In this document: positions 58,623-64,000 of the stretch, piece by piece
Numbering within the stretch: position 1 is the first letter of the stretch
Layout of the letters: each line of letters opens with the position of its first letter
NCBI GenBank assembly: GCA_964016885.1
Contig: OZ024746.1
Location: 27,156,001-27,220,000, forward strand
DNA: 64,000 nt
Direction of reading: 5' to 3'
Source of the DNA: Eledone cirrhosa
Lineage: Eukaryota
Translations under genes and position numbers: made by a program
The notes under the pieces: model-generated
What the model was told of the DNA's origin: nothing
The model's database searches: none
The model's input: the letters and a program-made list of their open reading frames with translations, nothing else

Positions 58623-60752
58623 TATAAGGACTTTCTAAAACAACTTATCGAAAAATCGGACTCGTTTATAAGAAGACATTTCGATAACAAATCTGATGCG
58701 ATAGAAAATATTTCTAAACTTGATAGAATCTTCAAATCCAAAAAGAATCCACCTTCCAACAAACTATTAATGGCATTTGAAAATGAGATTATTTCTATCA
58801 TACAAAACATTAAATTTAAGAAAAACCACCTTGTAAGCCAGAATTACCTCAAATATCTCAAAAATAATAAAGAAAACTTTGAAAAAACGGAAAAAGTTCT
58901 TGTTAAATCAGATAAAGCCAACAATCTTTACGGAATGCAAAAGGATGATTACAATAATCTTATATTGAAGGAATTAAGGAAAAATTACAAAAGAGCCACC
59001 AACGATGACCTTGAAAGACTAAATACTGAAGCTTCTTATATAATGCAGGAATTAGGCATCGAAAATAGGACTCAACCCTTCATACTTAGGAAACCAAAAA
59101 TTAATTTGAAGGACCATAAACGAAATTTTGAAATTGAATTACCAGTTAGACTGATTGCACCATCTAAATCGGACTTTGGCATACTTAGCAAGAATATTTT
59201 AGATAGAATCATGCCACAACTTAAGGAAATATCTTATTTAAAATTATGGAAAGGGACTAATGAAGTTATTGACTGGTTTAAGGACATTAAATATAAATAT
59301 AACAATAAATTCATTCAATTGGATATTGCTAATTATTACTCATCTATCACTCCTAATTTACTTAATAAAGCCCTTACATATGCATTTAAATATACTGATT
59401 TAACTAGCAATGAAATGCACATTAACTTAACTGCACGTAAAACATTAATTAAATTTAGCAACCACCTTTGGACTAGAGCAGATACGGATAACAATTTCGA
59501 TATCACTATGGGGTCATCGGACTCGGTGCAATTAATGGATCTTGTGGGGCTTTTTATTAACAATACTTTACATAGGAAAATACCAGAGATGACCGGTGGT
59601 TTATATCGTGACGATATGCTATTGCTTATTGAAAATAATTGTGAAATAAATAGGAAAAGAAAAGAAATTATACAATTTTTTAATAGCGTTAATCTTAAAG
59701 TAGAAGTAGAGAATAATTATAAAATAGTTAATTTTTTAGATGTAACTTTAAACCTTAATACTGGTCTTTATTATCCATTTCATAAATCAATGAGAATTTA
59801 AACTATGTTAACTTTAATTTCAATCACCCCAGATCCGTTATAAACACTATTGTAAATTCTGTGCAGCAACATATTTCTAGAATTTCAGCGAATAAAAATA
59901 TATTTGAAGATAAGGCGCAATATTATAACGAAGCGTTAAGTAGAGCAGGCATTGATAATAAGGATGTGCCAATTAACCATAATTATAAATATAATTATAA
60001 TAGGAAACCTTCCACTAAGTCGAAAATCAAAAGAAGAAATAGAACTAGAAATATATTATGGTTCGCTCCCCCTTTCTAATTAAATATTAAAACTCCAATA
60101 GCTAAATTATTTTTTAAAGCTCTAGATAAGTGCTTTCCTAAGACACACAGATATTACTCAATCTTTAATAGACATACTATTAAACTCTCATATTCCACTA
60201 CTATGAATTTAGCGCAGAATATTAATAGAATTAATAATAGAAACTTAAAACCTAACCAGAATAGCATTAACACCTCTAGCAATATCCAATATAATGTTAC
60301 AGCTCCCAATAATATAAATTCAGATAAATGTAATTGTAGAAATAAATCTAACTGTCCTCTAAATAATAACTGTTTAGTTAAAAATATAATATACAATTGT
60401 AATGTCAAAACCAATGAAAATTCCTTTTAACTATGTCGGCTCTACTTCCACAGACTTCAAATCTTGTTTCAATAACCATAAATGTTCCTTTACGAATATT
60501 GGTAAAAAATCTTCAACTTCTCTATCCAACTTATTATGGAACTTAAAATCCAAGAATATTAACTATTCTTTATCTTGGGAAATTATCTCCGAAGCTCCTT
60601 CATACACGGCTCTATCCAAAAATTGCTCCCTTTGCGTTGAAGAAATATTCTTTATACTAAAAACTAAGAACTCTATTAATTTGCGAAATAATTTATTTAG
60701 TTCTTGTAAACATCGTTTAAACTCAACTTTTAGATATATATATAAAATGTAA
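58623..60752 (+). pseudogene. PLE reverse transcriptase-GIY-YIG ORF, disrupted (frameshifts near 59790 and 60425, stop at 60077-60079)
   Basis: LKDHK, VRLIAPSKSDFG, FIQLDIANYYSSI, FDITMGSSDS, GLYRDD, NFLDVTLNL, ILWFAPPF, KLSYS, CNCRNKSNCPL, YVGSTSTDFK..NNHKCSF, CSLCVEE, SCKHR. Confidence 0.9.
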
Positions 60753-62215
60753 TATATGGTTAATCTCCTTTACATAATGTTTTCTATATCCAACCACCTA
60801 CAACCTCATCCTTCAGATTATATCTATATATGATTCATATATATTTAATTTACTTTCTATTATCTCTACCCCATAAATATACTTTATATTACTACACTTA
60901 TCAATAGATTATAACCCTTTTTTTATATGACTACTTGAAATTCTTTTAAGGAAAATTTTCCTTGAAGAACTTTCTGAAGGTTTTAGAAAATTCTTTGAAA
61001 GTTCCTTTGAAAGATATAGAAAAACCATTATTTTCATATCTTCCAATATTTTATATCTTCAAACATTTTTAATATATGTATCCAAATATTTATATATATG
61101 TGGAATAACATGATTTTTATCTATAGGTTTTTTTACATATATGTGGAATAACCTATGGTTTATGTTTTAACTATATTCTTAAGATAAATTTTTTAAAACT
61201 TTATAACAAGTATGACTTCTTATAAAATAACCTATGGTTTATGTTTTAATTATATTCTTAAGATAACATTTTTTAACTTTATAACATTTATGACTTCTCA
61301 TAAAAAATAGAAGGTTTTTTTGAAGGTTTTTTTATGTATCCTTGGAGTCATTTGAGTTCTTAAAAAAATCACTTCTAACTTCCTTTATACTTCCTTACTG
61401 TTTTTATAATATAATTAAGTAGTTATTCCTTTGCAAACTCTCGTAAATTTTCATAAATTTAGAATTATTTGGATGTTTAAGTTTTGACTTACAACTATTA
61501 ATAAATATAATTTGGCCAAACTTACTTTAATAAAATAAACTATACTAGATTTTCTCTAATGTACTATATATTTATTTAAATAATTTATAATCCGTAACAT
61601 ACACATCTAAACCAATATATTATTACTAATACATCTTAATATAATATAAATACTTCTGTTTTAATTTTAATTTTTAATTTTTAATTTTTAATATTAATAT
61701 TAATATTAAATCTTTAATATTAAGGCACATTTTAATCTTTAATTTGATTTTTAATTGTTAATTTTAATCTAATTTTTCAACTTATCATTATAAATATTAT
61801 AATCAAAACGTAATGAACCCTACATTCTAAATATTATTCTTCCACGTTAATCTTATTTCTTCTTTCATTCTTCTGTCACTTAGATATATTTACGCTATGT
61901 ATATTTTTACATTAAAACTTATTTCTTCATTCACTCTGACTTTCTTCACTATCACTATGTATAATCGTTTTTCTTTCCTCTTCTCTCTTTCTCCTTCCTT
62001 TTCTTTTTTTCTCTCTCCCTTACATATCATCTTCTTCCAACAGTTTAATTTAAATAAACCGTTATCTTTTCAACTTTTCTGACACTCATTTGCATATTCA
62101 CTGATAACTTTATATTACCCTCAATAAAATTTTAACTCCACTATCCAGGAAGCTCCAACCGTTAAGGTTGTCTTTTTTTCCGGTTATGTCAATATTTATT
62201 TATAAAACAAATCTG

Positions 62216-62281
62216 TATTGTATCTGAGGAAAGCGCACCATAATTTGCCTTGGTTGCCCTTGAAATATATATAATAAAATA
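62216..62281 (+). ncRNA. Hammerhead motif, right (sense) terminal repeat
   Basis: TATTGTAT-CTGAGGA-aagcgcacca..tggttgccctt-GAAA-tatata-TA-ATAAAATA. Confidence 0.72.
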
Positions 62282-62601
62282 AATATGGTTTTATAAATAT
62301 AGTTTCCATTTATTAATATATTGTATATATATATATATATACAGTATTTTCCGTAGTGTTGTAATATGAATATTACACACAGTAGATGGACAGCTCACGT
62401 AGAGTTTGCTAGACGGTTCCAGTTTAATACGTTATGTAACTGTTATTGAAACACGTGTCAATAAATTCCTTTTAACTGAACTGTATCCATTTAAATCCTT
62501 CTATATATATATATATATATGTATGCATTTCTGTATATATGTATGTATATATGAATGTATGTATGAATATGCGATTGTATATATGTATGTATGAATATAT
62601 G

Positions 62602-62713
<112 letters not shown>

Positions 62714-63251
62714 CATATATACATGCGTACATACATATACACATGCACACACACGCCTAGATACATACACACATACATATACATACATATATACATACAT
62801 ACGTATATGGTGGCTGCCAACTGGGTTTTCGAGTATGGCCACTACTTTATATCCATGTAGGAGAACCCCTACCCATGCGCTGAACAAGTGTGACTTTTTA
62901 GTCCAACCAGCGACTTGAAAACTCTGGTACAAACACTACTCTTGTGACAATTATTGACACATAGTGCTGGGCCCATGGTATGTGACGACAAGTGCAGAGA
63001 GATCTCCAGATATAAAGCAATGCCTGTGCCGTAAAGCTTTTATAGTGAGCAAAGGCACTGCACAAAGCCAGTCCCACTCTCTTAACCAAGATGATATTTA
63101 CCCAAAAGAAGAAGAAGTCAACATCATTGGATATCATCAGGGTTGCAGGTGTTATATCAGAGTTTTCCTTCTCCTAGAATTCTGCGTTGACATACGTATA
63201 TACATACTTACTTACACACATACATATATTTATACATACACACACACATAA

Positions 63252-63290
<39 letters not shown>

Positions 63291-63294
<4 letters not shown>

Positions 63295-64000
63295 CGGAAA
63301 AAATGAAACGAAATTTCATTTCCCACTCTTAGTACGGCTGTTACTTGAATATAAGTATGTATACGTACATACATATATGTATACAGATGTAGAGTAGTAT
63401 GTATATATATATACATAAATGCACACATATATATATGTACGTATGGATTCACCGAACATTTATTATAATGCTCGGTGTGTTTGTAAACAAACATCCCGTA
63501 TTAAGCTGTAGTGTCTAGCAACCATCGTTGCTCGTTTGTTCAACACTGACAAAGGAACGCTGTACTAGTTTCAAGCTTATTAGCAATCGTCAGCAACGTA
63601 TACCTTCCTGCCAGATGATTGAATGTCTGAAAGTATATACTTTCCATATGCATATTAACGGCTGAGCAGCCTAATCTGCATATCGAGTGGGCAATGAAAT
63701 TTCGTTTCATTTTTTCCGTTCATCGTTTTCGGTGCACCCAGCCGATTAACCCACTCGATATGCAAACTAGGCGGCTCAGCCGTTAATATGCATAAGGAAA
63801 GTATATACTTTCAGACGTTCAATCATCTGGCAGGAAGGTATACGTTGCTGACGATAGCTAATAGGCTTGAAACTAGTACAGCGTTCCTTTGTCAGTGTTG
63901 AACAAACGAGCAACGATGCTTGCTAGACACTACGGCTTAATTCGGGATGTTTGTTTACAAACACACTGAGCATTATAATAAATGTTCGGTGAATCCATAC
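63291..64000 (+). mobile_element. Fold-back non-coding element with hammerhead motifs; runs off the end of the window
   Basis: Arms 63441-63691 and 63750-64000; 63290-63328 is a further inverted copy of 63685-63723; (TA)n on the left. Confidence 0.82.
63842..63884 (+). ncRNA. Minimal hammerhead ribozyme motif (mirror copy on the minus strand at 63557-63599)
   Basis: ACGTTG-CTGACGA-tAGC taatag GCTt-GAAA-CTAG-TA-CAGCGT. Confidence 0.8.

Noticed and set aside
58623-60752. Selenocysteine (in-frame UGA) coding, as reported for some Naiad elements
   Set aside because: The interruptions I traced are frameshifts and a TAA; the conserved cysteines use TGT/TGC; no SECIS was recognised by eye.
57337-62324. 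DNA transposon (long TIRs with a TA target)
   Set aside because: The interior encodes RT plus GIY-YIG rather than a transposase, and the repeats are asymmetric and carry hammerheads, which fits inverted PLE terminal repeats.

Overview
AT-rich, microsatellite-saturated eukaryotic DNA with no recognisable host exon. The repeat content (tRNA-derived SINEs, long (TA)n, (CA)n and (ATCT)n tracts) suggests a cephalopod, probably octopus; this is an inference. The window is mostly retroelements, and each class sits in its own microsatellite. (1) An apparently intact two-ORF Tx1/L1-clade LINE (12711-18445) and a 5'-truncated relative lie in (ATCT)n. (2) Decayed R4/Dong-type RLE LINEs of two families lie in (AAT)n, often tail-to-tail with SINEs. 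(3) Penelope-like elements (PLEs; Naiad-type and Neptune/Nematis-type GIY-YIG) lie in (TA)n, mostly as fold-back (long inverted-repeat) structures. Reading both strands reveals minimal type I hammerhead ribozyme motifs (stem I-CUGANGA-stem II-GAAA-short palindrome-UA-stem I') at seven separate (TA)n-associated loci, plus mirror and degenerate copies. Several are in short non-coding units that look like non-autonomous, retrozyme-like PLE derivatives. The window also holds three large minisatellites (39, 42 and 40/41 bp units) and two small ones. Most ORFs in the supplied track are microsatellite artefacts.
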